Shown one piece after another: positions 1 to 8,537 of a DNA stretch of 36,932 nucleotides. The stretch is from Clostridia bacterium (GTDB taxonomy: Bacteria; Bacillota; Clostridia; UMGS1840; HGM11507). The stretch is from assembly GCA_045654825.1 (NCBI GenBank), contig JAZOOC010000296.1:1-36932 (forward strand). The letters are read 5' to 3'. A program made the position numbers and the translations under genes. Within the stretch, counting starts at the first letter, position 1. Each line of letters starts with the position of its first letter. The notes beneath the pieces are model-generated. The model was not told the DNA's origin. It saw only the letters and a program-made list of their open reading frames with translations, and made no database searches.

Positions 1-17
1 AATTTTGTCCCCTTAAC

Positions 18-45
18 TTGCATTTTTTTGAAAATATGGTATAAT
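18..45 (+). promoter_or_regulatory. sigma-70-type promoter upstream of the ATPase gene
   Basis: TTGCAT (18-23), 16-nt spacer, TGG-TATAAT extended -10 (37-45). It lies ~25 nt upstream of the AGGAGG RBS at 55-60. Confidence 0.55.
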
Positions 46-69
46 ATAATCAAAAGGAGGCTGATTATA

Positions 70-1293
70 ATGGCTAGGATTTTTATGAGAGAAGAATATC
101 TTAATAAAATAAGAGGATTTTATGATAGCGATATTATAAAAGTTGTAACCGGAATAAGACGATGCGGTAAATCCTGTTTTTTGCTTTCTGTTATGGAAGA
201 TTTAAAGGCTAATGGTGTTAGTGAAAAAAATATAGTTAATATTAACCTTGATAAAAGAGGATTCAAAAAAATCAAAACTGCTGATAGATTAGAAGAGATT
301 ATAGATAGCTATATTACAGATGATGAGAAAAAATATATATTTATAGATGAAATTCAAAATGTTAAGAATTTTGAAGAAGTTATAAATGGCTACAGAGAAG
401 ATGGACATTCTGTTTTTATTACAGGTTCAAATTCTTATCTTTTAAGCGGTGAACTTGTTACTAAGCTCACAGGAAGATATATTGAAATAGAAATGTATAC
501 CCTGACATTTTATGAGTACTTAGAAATGAAGAAGTTTTTGGGCAAAGAAGTATCTCAGAATATCGCCCATGAATTTACAACATATATTCGTGACGGAGGA
601 TTTCCCAAATCTTTGGAATTTGATAATGTTGATGATAGAAATTTGTATGTGCAAAGCGTAATTACTCAAATTTTTGAAAAAGATATATCTAAGAACAAGA
701 AAATTCGAAATCGAGCTGCGTTTGAAAAAATACAAACCTTTATTATAAACAATTTCGGTTCAACAATTAGTGTGTCCAACATTGTAGAATATTTAGCTAA
801 AGAAAATATAGCAGTAAAAGAAAATACGGTACACAAATATATCGAAATGCTCGAAAGTGCAAAGATAATATATAAATGCCCAAGATTTGATATGAAATCA
901 AAAAAATCTTTGAAAACAGAGCAAAAGTATTATTTAGCTGATTTGAGTATTTATTATTCAATGAATGTGGATGGAAGAATTAACTATGGGCCTGTTCTTG
1001 AAAATATATTATTTTGCTACTTGAAATCAAAAGGATATAAATTAAGCGTAGGCAAAATTGGAAATTTGGAATGTGATTTTATAGTAAGACAGAATGTAGA
1101 TGACTATTTTTATATTCAGGTAGCTATGACCATTGCAGAACAATCCACAGAAGAACGCGAATATAGACCGTTCACGAAAATTCGTGACAATTTCCCCAAA
1201 TATCTGTTCACAACAGATACCTTATTGCAAAAACGAGATGGTATTTTGCATATGAATATGATTGATTTTATTAAGGATAATAAAGGTCTGTAA
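70..1293 (+). CDS. AAA-family ATPase of the AAA_14/DUF4143 type
   Basis: ORF 28..1293 trimmed to the ATG at 70, 9 nt after AGGAGG. The TTG at 28 would lie inside the predicted promoter. P-loop-like GIRRCGKS, Walker-B-like IFIDEIQ, and a C-terminal half typical of DUF4143 ATPases. Confidence 0.8.
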   Translation: MARIFMREEYLNKIRGFYDSDIIKVVTGIRRCGKSCFLLSVMEDLKANGVSEKNIVNINLDKRGFKKIKTADRLEEIIDSYITDDEKKYIFIDEIQNVKNFEEVINGYREDGHSVFITGSNSYLLSGELVTKLTGRYIEIEMYTLTFYEYLEMKKFLGKEVSQNIAHEFTTYIRDGGFPKSLEFDNVDDRNLYVQSVITQIFEKDISKNKKIRNRAAFEKIQTFIINNFGSTISVSNIVEYLAKENIAVKENTVHKYIEMLESAKIIYKCPRFDMKSKKSLKTEQKYYLADLSIYYSMNVDGRINYGPVLENILFCYLKSKGYKLSVGKIGNLECDFIVRQNVDDYFYIQVAMTIAEQSTEEREYRPFTKIRDNFPKYLFTTDTLLQKRDGILHMNMIDFIKDNKGL

Positions 1294-1556
1294 TAAAATA
1301 CGCTTAAAAAGACGAAAGTAAGATTACAGTAGTGGTTTGGGATTATTATGGTGTAATTGGGATTACTTAAATTGATAATATTAATGATTTTATTGACAGA
1401 AAAATAATTGAATTTGACGAGTATATCGAAGATGTGAAATCAAACAAAAACAATTCGTGGGATAAACTGAATGGAATATTTATGTCTTTACTGTAAAAAA
1501 CATTATTATGAATTAATGGATGTATTAAAATATAGCTGATATAATGAGATTATGAG

Positions 1557-1591
1557 AGGATAGGCACATTGTTGCTTATCCTTTTTCTTTT
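1557..1591 (+). terminator. rho-independent terminator-like hairpin
   Basis: AGGATAGGC (1557-1565) pairs with GCTTATCCT (1574-1582) with one G-U, an 8-nt loop, then TTTTCTTTT. No intact gene lies immediately upstream, so it probably belongs to decayed material. Confidence 0.4.
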
Positions 1592-1619
1592 AAGGTATGT
1601 AATTCATCTAATATGCGAT

Positions 1620-1894
1620 GAAAAAAGTAACTACACCAACCCCGTAAGCTTCCGCAAAAGATTTTATAGAATCTTATAAAACGCAGGAATTGAAACAAAA
1701 AGACCTCACTCAGACACACCTTTGCAACAAACCTTGTAAATGGTATAACCAAAGCTGATGGCACAGTAAAATCACTAAGCCCCAAGCAAGTAGCAGACCT
1801 TCTTGGGCATAGCACCTCACAGATAACCGAAATGTATTATGTTAAAAAAGATACAGAAAGACTGCAAGGGATAACAGATGGGTTTGATATGTAA
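1620..1894 (+). pseudogene. C-terminal remnant of a tyrosine recombinase/integrase (internal stop plus frameshift, N-terminus missing)
   Basis: One frame reads ..NPVSFRKRFYRIL, stop (1677-1679), NAGIETK. After a shift in the A-run near 1695-1702 it reads KKTSLRHTFATNLVNG...VADLLGHSTSQITEMYYVKKD..., stop 1892-1894. LRHTFAT, LGH and the terminal Y are the box II signature of tyrosine recombinases. About three quarters of a full-length gene is absent. Confidence 0.7.
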
Positions 1895-2534
1895 TAAAAA
1901 AATGGAAAATAATATAAAAATATTTTTGATATAGCTGGTATGCGATATTTCTTCAAAATTTTATATATTCACAGACCGCAATTATGGTCTATAATAAAAG
2001 TTACGGAACAAAAGGTAGTAAAATGTAAAAACCTTGTTTTTGTTTATGATACATCGCTGTATATTCCATACTTTTTCATTCTTCTGTCAAACTCTGCTTT
2101 AAGAGACTCTTTGTCTAAAAAATTCAAGTGCAAACTTGTCCATAAAATGAATTCACTCTTGGAAGGTGCTTTTTCATCACCGTCTACCACAACAAGTGGT
2201 ACGTAGTTTCTACTACCAAAATTCCTTTTGTTACTAAATATTCAACCATAATAAAAACCTCCTGTATATTTTTGATTTTAAGTACAAAAAAACACAACCT
2301 CAGCGATTGTGTTTTTTGAAAAATTGCAATTTAAAAACTAACACCTCCAAATGTAAAAATCCTCGCAAACACGCATAAATTGTAGAGATCTAGCATATCG
2401 CCTTTAAACTGAGTAGTTTTAGTTTATGATGATAGTATAACATCTACAGGAGGGAAGATGTTAAGTATGCACCATAAATTCTGCTTATTTTGTATATACA
2501 ATAATGAGAATTAATGTAGAATTACAGTGTATTA

Positions 2535-2564
2535 CTTGACATACGACAAGTAGTGTGCTACCAT
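2535..2564 (+). promoter_or_regulatory. candidate promoter of the kinase/HTH two-gene module
   Basis: TTGACA (2535-2540), 18-nt spacer, TACCAT (2559-2564). It lies ~20 nt before the start at 2583, which argues against the longer GTG start at 2553. Confidence 0.4.
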
Positions 2565-2582
2565 ATTATATGGGTGAAAGTA

Positions 2583-3407
2583 ATGAAAAATCAATTGATA
2601 AAAGAAAAACAGAATATGACATATTTGCACTGGGCAAAGATTCGTAATTCATCGGGAACTGCGGGCTCATTTTTGAAATCATATTCCACAGTTGGAGATA
2701 AGAAAATATATTATAAATTATCTGATTATGATGCAGCAAAGGGTATAGTAGGTCATGAATGTGTCAACGAACTTATTGCAGACAGACTTCTTACACTTCT
2801 CGGGATTGAACATCTTTCATATTCCCTGATTTATGCAGATGTAAATATTAGCGGGAAAATTTTTGAATCATATCTTTGTGCATCAGAAGATTTCAAAAAA
2901 AGAGGGGAAAGCAAGATTGCTCTTGACGCATATTATGAAGCGGAAAGGTTAGAAAATGAATCTCCGCTTGAGTTTTGCATCCGAAATGGTTGGGAAGAAT
3001 ATATCTATGAAATGCTTGTTGTAGATTTTCTTATTCTTAATCGTGACAGACACGGAGCTAATATTGAGGTTTTAAGAAATTCAAAAAAGAGGACACTAAG
3101 AATTGCACCGCTTTTTGATCACGGTATTTCCTTGCTTTCAAGATGCAGAACTATTGAAGAAATGGAAAATTATGAAATTATGGAAGACAAAGCTGTTCAG
3201 TGTTATATTGGTTCAAGATCAACAAAGGAAAATTTAGAACTGATACCAAAGGATAAACTTCCAAAATTAAATAAATTAAAAGCATCTGATAAGGAAATAA
3301 TTATGGAAGGTCTTGATGATATAATTCCGGATGTTCTTCAAAGAAAAATATGGGATATGATTTATAACAGGTGGTGTTATTATGAGGATTTTTCAAATAA
3401 AAAGTGA
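2583..3407 (+). CDS. HipA-like Ser/Thr kinase core (HipT-like, lacking the HipA N-terminal subdomain)
   Basis: Start moved to ATG 2583 (GGGTGAAAG RBS). Motifs align in order with E. coli HipA: SSGTAGSFLKS (P-loop-like, cf. VAGAQEKTAL), ECVNELIADRLLTLLGI, ILNRDRHGANIEV at nt 3039-3062 (cf. IGATDGHAKNFSV), RIAPLFDHGIS (cf. RLTPFYDIIS). At 274 aa it is too short to carry the HipA N-terminal subdomain. Confidence 0.6.
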   Translation: MKNQLIKEKQNMTYLHWAKIRNSSGTAGSFLKSYSTVGDKKIYYKLSDYDAAKGIVGHECVNELIADRLLTLLGIEHLSYSLIYADVNISGKIFESYLCASEDFKKRGESKIALDAYYEAERLENESPLEFCIRNGWEEYIYEMLVVDFLILNRDRHGANIEVLRNSKKRTLRIAPLFDHGISLLSRCRTIEEMENYEIMEDKAVQCYIGSRSTKENLELIPKDKLPKLNKLKASDKEIIMEGLDDIIPDVLQRKIWDMIYNRWCYYEDFSNKK

Positions 3408-4194
3408 AGAAGATAAAAAAACGCTTGCGTATCTTTTATACTACGAAAAAGAAAAAGCATTTTATATTGAACTGCCCGATGATGCAGATCCATGGGAAAC
3501 ACCTCTTATTTTGTCAAGCTTTGCTAAAAAAGATATAACAACAGTTAATTCTTATTGGAGCAGGATCTGGGTTCAGCAGAGAATTATTCCTTCAGACCGG
3601 CAGAATCTTGGACAGATTTTGAAGGAAAATAAGCTCACAGAGTATGATGAATTTGAACTATTGATGTTATCTGGCGGAAGATGTGCACAGGATGATTTAT
3701 ATCTGGAGGAAATCAGCGAAAACGATATATCCAAGGAAATTTCACGGCGATTTGAGAAAAAAATAGAAGATATTGTTCCTCTTCAGAACTATTCCTTATT
3801 GGTGTTTTTCAGAGACGGAACCATAAAAAAATGCAGTATAAAAGATTTTTTCTTCAAAAATAGAGTACTGGAAACCTTTTTGACCATAAATAAAGATATG
3901 TTTCAGCTTGTTAAGATACAACCCGGCGGATATGGAATATGCTGGGAGGAAAATATGCTTGTAAGCGATAGCGAGCTTTATGATTCAGGAACAGAAATCC
4001 CTTTATCACTACTTGATTTCAAAGAATTTGTTGTTCATAGAGTTGTTAATTCTGCCGAGGCGGCAGAACTGCTTGATTGTTCAAGGCAAAACATCAACGA
4101 TCTTATAAAACGCAATAAACTTCATCCAATAAAAACATCTGAAAAAAACACTTTATTTCTTAAAAGCGAAATAATGAAAAGAAATTGGAAGTAA
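3382..4194 (+). CDS. three-part partner protein: HipS-like N-terminal region, DUF2442-like middle, C-terminal excisionase/MerR-type HTH
   Basis: Overlaps the kinase gene by 26 nt. aa 60-110, RIIPSDRQNLGQIL..YDEFELLMLSGGRCAQDDLYL, resembles the HipA N-subdomain segment NLLPDS...PFDLLSEIGRDSVGAVTL. aa ~128-203, FFRDGTIKKCSIKDF...VKIQPGGYGICWEENMLVSDSELY, fits the DUF2442 pattern. aa ~222-262, SAEAAELLDCSRQNINDLIKRNKLHPI, is a helix-turn-helix. Confidence 0.5.
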   Translation: MRIFQIKSEEDKKTLAYLLYYEKEKAFYIELPDDADPWETPLILSSFAKKDITTVNSYWSRIWVQQRIIPSDRQNLGQILKENKLTEYDEFELLMLSGGRCAQDDLYLEEISENDISKEISRRFEKKIEDIVPLQNYSLLVFFRDGTIKKCSIKDFFFKNRVLETFLTINKDMFQLVKIQPGGYGICWEENMLVSDSELYDSGTEIPLSLLDFKEFVVHRVVNSAEAAELLDCSRQNINDLIKRNKLHPIKTSEKNTLFLKSEIMKRNWK

Positions 4195-4276
4195 AACATT
4201 AAATTCTTTTATCTGGTGTAGGCAGTAATAAAAAATAGTGTAAGAATAGTGAATATTAAAAAGGATGTGAATATTT

Positions 4277-5938
4277 ATGGCAGTGCCAAAATATACAGAA
4301 CACATGTCTGTAAACTTAAGACAGTCAGAATTCCCAACCGGCAGACGATTTGAGGAACAGATTACAATGAGAGATGGAGTAAAGCTTCACACTGTTTTCT
4401 GGTTGCCGGAAGGTGAAGGACCTCATAAGGTTTTGTTTTCAAGAACGCCATATCCAAAAGGTGAAGCCACCTATGATTATCAGGGCAAAATCTTTACAGA
4501 GCGTGGTTATGGTTTTATTTATCAGTATTGCAGGGGAATCGGAAAATCAGAAGGCGTATGGGAACCCTTCAAAAATGACCGGTCAGACGGTATTGATTCA
4601 TTAAACTGGCTGCAGAACAAGGATTACATAGAGTCAATAGGGCTGTATGGCTTTTCCTATGTTGCCTATACTCAGTGGATAGTTCTTGACAGTCTTCCCG
4701 ACAAGGTAAAAACTGCATATCTTGTGCATTATGGCACAGAGAGATATAATCAAATGTATTCAAACGGAATGTTCCGCTACGATATATATGCGTCATGGGC
4801 AAAAAATAACAGCGGAGCAAAAGTAATACCACCATATGAGGCATCTCTTGAAGCAGGACGCTATAAACCTCATATCAGAGCAGATCGTGATGTATGGGAT
4901 ATGGATTTGCCGTGGTATCGCCAATGGCTTGAAAACACCGACAAAGCTTCGCCCTATTGGGCAAAAAGTTTTTGGAATATTTTAAGAAGTATTCCCTCAA
5001 AAATAAACATTCCCGTATATATTGGCTGCGGATGGTATGACCATCACTTCGGCGGAATGATGGAAGGTTACCACAACCTTTCTGAATTTGCCAAAAAACA
5101 TTCCCGTCTGGTAATAGGCCCATGGGCACACAGAAAAAATGCCTGCATAGACAGGGTGGATACAAGCGATGCATTTGAAAGCGGTATTCATGGCTACGAG
5201 GGTGCTCTTAAATGGATGGATAAAATTCTTAAAAATAAAGAAATTCCCGATACAGAAGTCATTGCATACAGTATTGGTGAGGGTTGGCGTGAGTTTTCAA
5301 AATGGGATGGAAACATCTGTTCATTTAGGCTTTATTTTTCAAATGGAAGGTTAATTCAAACACCGCCTGAAAAAAGTTTTATGGAATATACATATAACCC
5401 GTCGGATGTAATTGAAACAAGGGGTGCGGAGTGTATGTGCTATGCTCCTTTAGAATGGCGCGGGAGCAGACTTCAGCCAAATCCGCAGTACAGAGATGAT
5501 TTAATAAGCTTTGTAAGTGATAGTTTTGAAAAAGAAATGGTAATAAAGGGAAAAGCAAAAATAAACTTATGCGTTTCAAGTGATGCAAAAGATACTGCAT
5601 TTGTTGTTCGCCTTATGGAAATAACTCCCCAAGGAGAAAGCTATAATATCCGCACAGGTGCCACAACATTAAGATATCGTAATGGCTCTGATTGTCCTGA
5701 TTGTTATATTCCAAACAGTAAGGTCGTCTGTGAAATCAAGCTGTGGGATATTTTGTGGAAACTGTCAAAAGGTTCAAAAATAAGAATAGATGTATCTTCT
5801 TCAAGCTTCCCTGAGTATCATATTCACCTTAATTCTGAAAAAAACTGGGCTTATGAAGAAAATGAAGTAACAGCACACCAGAAAATATGGTGCGGCGAAG
5901 CTGATGGTTCTTATATAGAACTTCCAATGGATAAATAA
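4277..5938 (+). CDS. CocE/NonD family (S15 X-Pro dipeptidyl-peptidase-like) serine hydrolase
   Basis: N-terminal MRDGVKLHTVFWLPEGEGPHKVLFSRTPYPKG, nucleophile elbow GLYGFSYVAY, and a long C-terminal beta-sandwich typical of the family. Confidence 0.85.
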   Translation: MAVPKYTEHMSVNLRQSEFPTGRRFEEQITMRDGVKLHTVFWLPEGEGPHKVLFSRTPYPKGEATYDYQGKIFTERGYGFIYQYCRGIGKSEGVWEPFKNDRSDGIDSLNWLQNKDYIESIGLYGFSYVAYTQWIVLDSLPDKVKTAYLVHYGTERYNQMYSNGMFRYDIYASWAKNNSGAKVIPPYEASLEAGRYKPHIRADRDVWDMDLPWYRQWLENTDKASPYWAKSFWNILRSIPSKINIPVYIGCGWYDHHFGGMMEGYHNLSEFAKKHSRLVIGPWAHRKNACIDRVDTSDAFESGIHGYEGALKWMDKILKNKEIPDTEVIAYSIGEGWREFSKWDGNICSFRLYFSNGRLIQTPPEKSFMEYTYNPSDVIETRGAECMCYAPLEWRGSRLQPNPQYRDDLISFVSDSFEKEMVIKGKAKINLCVSSDAKDTAFVVRLMEITPQGESYNIRTGATTLRYRNGSDCPDCYIPNSKVVCEIKLWDILWKLSKGSKIRIDVSSSSFPEYHIHLNSEKNWAYEENEVTAHQKIWCGEADGSYIELPMDK

Positions 5939-5985
5939 CAAAAGGATGTAAAACGAAAATGTTTTACATCCTTTTGTTATTTTGT
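5938..5985. terminator. bidirectional rho-independent terminator between convergent genes
   Basis: Perfect 17-bp stem ACAAAAGGATGTAAAAC (5938-5954) / GTTTTACATCCTTTTGT (5961-5977) with a 6-nt loop. It is flanked by A-rich sequence on the left and T-rich sequence on the right. Confidence 0.8.
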
Positions 5986-5994
5986 TATCGGGCA

Positions 5995-6924
5995 TTATAC
6001 AAACATAAATATAAACGGGATTGTAATGCATGATAAAAGATGAGATATAACAGCCATACCGGCAGCGACAGATGTATCTTTGCCAAGACCTGCAGGAATT
6101 ACTATTGTATTTAGTCCAAGGGGCATTGCAAGTGAGCAAAGAGCGCATACATAAATTGTGTGCGGCATATCAAAAAACGAAGATACACCTATAAAGATGA
6201 GTGGCATTATAATAAGTCTTACAATTGAAATAATATAAATTTTTATGTTGGTAAAGGTTTTTTTTAGAGATATTGATGATACCACAACACCTGTTAAAAT
6301 CATGGCAACAGGGCTCATACAATCGCCTGATACTGTAATTATAGAATTTATCCATAATGGAAGCTTAATCCGGGAAAGCCCTATTATCATACCTATGACC
6401 ATAGCTACAAACATTGGATTTATAAATGATTTCATACTTTCACCAAGGCTTTGCTTTTTGCCAGAATCGGCAATGAGAAGTCTTGGAACGCCCCATATGT
6501 ATATAAAAATCCACAGAGGAAGAGTAAATATAAGATATTCAAAAAAGATATCAGGGAAAAGTGAACTTACTACTGCATTACCCATAAAACCAAAATTCGA
6601 AAAAGAAAGACCGTAAGTATAAATTTTTTGAATATATTTATCTCTGCTTAGTATCCTTGATGTGATTATTGCAAACGGAATTGCAATTATTGCAATTATA
6701 AAGCTCGCACAAAGAAGCTTCCATGCTTCATTTATATTCTGAAGAGTAAAATTTTTTACAAAAGTTCCCATAACAAGTGCAGGAATGAAAACAGTATTTT
6801 CGAGCTTTGACAAAACCAAAGCTGCGTTATTTGGCAATACATTTAATTTTACAAGGATATATCCTATTACAATAAGTCCAAACAAAAAGGCTGTCTGGTT
6901 AAGAGTAGAACTAAAAATATTCAT
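5995..6924 (-). CDS. AEC (auxin efflux carrier) family membrane transporter
   Basis: 309 aa, about ten hydrophobic helices, N-terminus MNIFSSTLNQTAFLFGLIVIGYILVK typical of AEC permeases. It begins 2 nt after the upstream stop, suggesting translational coupling. Confidence 0.8.
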   Translation of the reverse strand: MNIFSSTLNQTAFLFGLIVIGYILVKLNVLPNNAALVLSKLENTVFIPALVMGTFVKNFTLQNINEAWKLLCASFIIAIIAIPFAIITSRILSRDKYIQKIYTYGLSFSNFGFMGNAVVSSLFPDIFFEYLIFTLPLWIFIYIWGVPRLLIADSGKKQSLGESMKSFINPMFVAMVIGMIIGLSRIKLPLWINSIITVSGDCMSPVAMILTGVVVSSISLKKTFTNIKIYIISIVRLIIMPLIFIGVSSFFDMPHTIYVCALCSLAMPLGLNTIVIPAGLGKDTSVAAGMAVISHLLSCITIPFIFMFV

Positions 6925-6926
6925 TT

Positions 6927-7709
6927 TTATTTATCGCCTACCAGCGATTTTCCCTCCCATTCTTTTGATTTTGGAACAGACAAAATATCTGCTATTGTAG
7001 GAGCGATATCAAGTATGCTGACGTCCTTAAGCTCTTTACCTGCTTCAAATAATGGACCATAGAATATCATTGGTATTGTCATATCTTCATACATATCTGT
7101 GCCATGGCTTCTTTCGTGTCCGCCATGGTCGGCAGTAACAATAACTGTATAATTGCCGTCTGTTTCCTCTATAATACGTTTCACATTATCTATTGCTTTA
7201 CTAATAATATTAAGGTATCCGTCTGACATCCATCCGCAATCATGACCGCCTTTTTCGTCGGTTTCCACCATGTACAAAAATACAAAATCGGGTTCGGTAT
7301 TCTTTATATATTTAATGGCGCTGTCTGTGAGAAGAGCGTCTGTATTATCAAAGGAATAAGCATTTATATATTCTGCAGCTTTAAGAGATGCAGGTCGTGA
7401 AACATCACGTATAGGCTCCCAACCATAATACATTGCAGATGTTTTACCTGCGTTTGCAATTTGTTCAAAAAGCCCGTTTATCGGGCGAACTTGTGGCATA
7501 TAGGTATTTGTGGTTATGCCATGTCGCTGGGGAGGAACACTGTGAAAAAGCGACATATGGCATGGCAAGGTAACCGACGGAAATACTGTGCGTGCATTAA
7601 ACGTGTATGACGCTATTCTTTTTAATTCTTCAACGTATGGATTTCTGCACTTTAAAAGTCCGTCCGGTCTCATACCATCAATCGAAATCAATATAAGCTT
7701 GTTCTCCAT
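6927..7709 (-). CDS. alkaline-phosphatase-superfamily enzyme, NPP (type I phosphodiesterase/nucleotide pyrophosphatase)-like
   Basis: ILISIDGMRPDG metal-site motif, FPSVTLPCHMSLF (Thr nucleophile region) and TADHGGHERSHG distal metal site. Strong RBS AAAGGAG. No sulfatase C/S-x-P-x-R motif. Confidence 0.7.
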   Translation of the reverse strand: MENKLILISIDGMRPDGLLKCRNPYVEELKRIASYTFNARTVFPSVTLPCHMSLFHSVPPQRHGITTNTYMPQVRPINGLFEQIANAGKTSAMYYGWEPIRDVSRPASLKAAEYINAYSFDNTDALLTDSAIKYIKNTEPDFVFLYMVETDEKGGHDCGWMSDGYLNIISKAIDNVKRIIEETDGNYTVIVTADHGGHERSHGTDMYEDMTIPMIFYGPLFEAGKELKDVSILDIAPTIADILSVPKSKEWEGKSLVGDK

Positions 7710-7743
7710 TTTAATATCTCCTTTTTAATACTGCATGAATTCT

Positions 7744-7771
7744 ATTATACAAAATCGCAAGATTTTGTCAA
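7744..7771 (-). promoter_or_regulatory. near-consensus promoter with an embedded 20-bp palindrome (candidate operator)
   Basis: The minus strand reads TTGACA (7771-7766), 16-nt spacer, TATAAT (7749-7744). The spacer and -10 are covered by the palindrome ACAAAATC-GCAA-GATTTTGT at 7749-7768. Confidence 0.55.
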
Positions 7772-7806
7772 GCAGGTTTTTTTCAAAACGGCGGTTTTTA
7801 TTGTTG

Positions 7807-8523
7807 TTATTCAATAATATTTTTTAATTCAACAATGGAATCAATCATCATGTCTGAATTTTTTTGTAGCTTTTCAAAATCATTACCTGCAGATTTTAAT
7901 ATTATAACATCAATTCCGGCATTTTTGGCAAAATAAACATCATTCATAGTATCGCCAATCATAACAATTTTATCTTTAACTGTTCCTGTTTCTTTGCAAT
8001 ATTCTTCTATACATTCAGAACTTGGTTTTGGAAGAAATTCACCGTCGCTTGTATATATTCTCTCAAAATAATCATATATGCCGAGCTTTTCGAGGCAGAA
8101 ATCAGTTATTTTACGATTGTCTGCAGTTGCAACAATAAGGCGCTTGCCTTTTTTCTTTAAATTATCAAGGAGCTCACGAAGCTTGTCGCACGTTCCTTTA
8201 ACATTTGCTTTAGTCATATTTTTTTCATATGCATCTGTAACGATGTCAACCATTCTTTTTTGGGGAATGTTGTATCCGTATTCTTTAAATACATTGTTAA
8301 ATGCAATCCCCATATCATAAAAACTTCCAATGCATAAAATACTGTCTGTACCTGCCGACCCGTTCACAACTCCAATAGCATCGTAAAATTTATTGTTTGG
8401 AATATTGTGAGCACCAAAACTTTCCTTGATATCATAAATTGCATATTCGGTAACAGTTACCCAAAAGCTGTCAAAGTCAATAAGAGTACCATCCTTATCA
8501 AAAATTATAACATCTTTTTTCAT
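7807..8523 (-). CDS. HAD-superfamily phosphatase/hydrolase
   Basis: Motif I IIFDKDGTLID, motif II VATAD, motif IV GDTMNDVYFAKNAG. RBS AAGGAG. Confidence 0.85.
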   Translation of the reverse strand: MKKDVIIFDKDGTLIDFDSFWVTVTEYAIYDIKESFGAHNIPNNKFYDAIGVVNGSAGTDSILCIGSFYDMGIAFNNVFKEYGYNIPQKRMVDIVTDAYEKNMTKANVKGTCDKLRELLDNLKKKGKRLIVATADNRKITDFCLEKLGIYDYFERIYTSDGEFLPKPSSECIEEYCKETGTVKDKIVMIGDTMNDVYFAKNAGIDVIILKSAGNDFEKLQKNSDMMIDSIVELKNIIE

Positions 8524-8537
8524 CTTAGTTATCTCCT

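Noticed and set aside
1576-2206. ORF-track entries 1576-1815 (-) and 1940-2206 (+).
   Set aside because: The first is antisense to the integrase remnant, whose + strand translation has unmistakable recombinase motifs. The second is antisense to the RBS-preceded split small ORF at 2044-2249 and has no RBS or motif of its own.
2044-2249. Minus-strand small ORF with a strong RBS. It reads MVEYLVTKGILVVETTYHLLW-stop, and after a 1-nt shift continues as ..VVDGDEKAPSKSEFILWTSLHLNFLDKESLKAEFDRRMKKYGIYSDVS.
   Set aside because: It looks like a frameshifted ~70-aa gene, but I cannot assign any family. I cannot exclude that only the 21-codon piece or neither piece is real. It is mentioned only as part of the debris region.
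2286-2317. Hairpin AAAAAAACACAA...TTGTGTTTTTT in the debris region.
   Set aside because: The stem is almost entirely A-T with a 9-nt loop, so it is thermodynamically weak, and no intact gene ends next to it on either strand. At best it is a relic terminator.
2458-2514. 18-codon ORF (MLSMHHKFCLFCIYNNEN) upstream of the kinase gene, considered as a leader peptide.
   Set aside because: The ATG is only 3 nt from the GGAGGG sequence. It lies upstream of the predicted promoter and has no associated attenuator structure.
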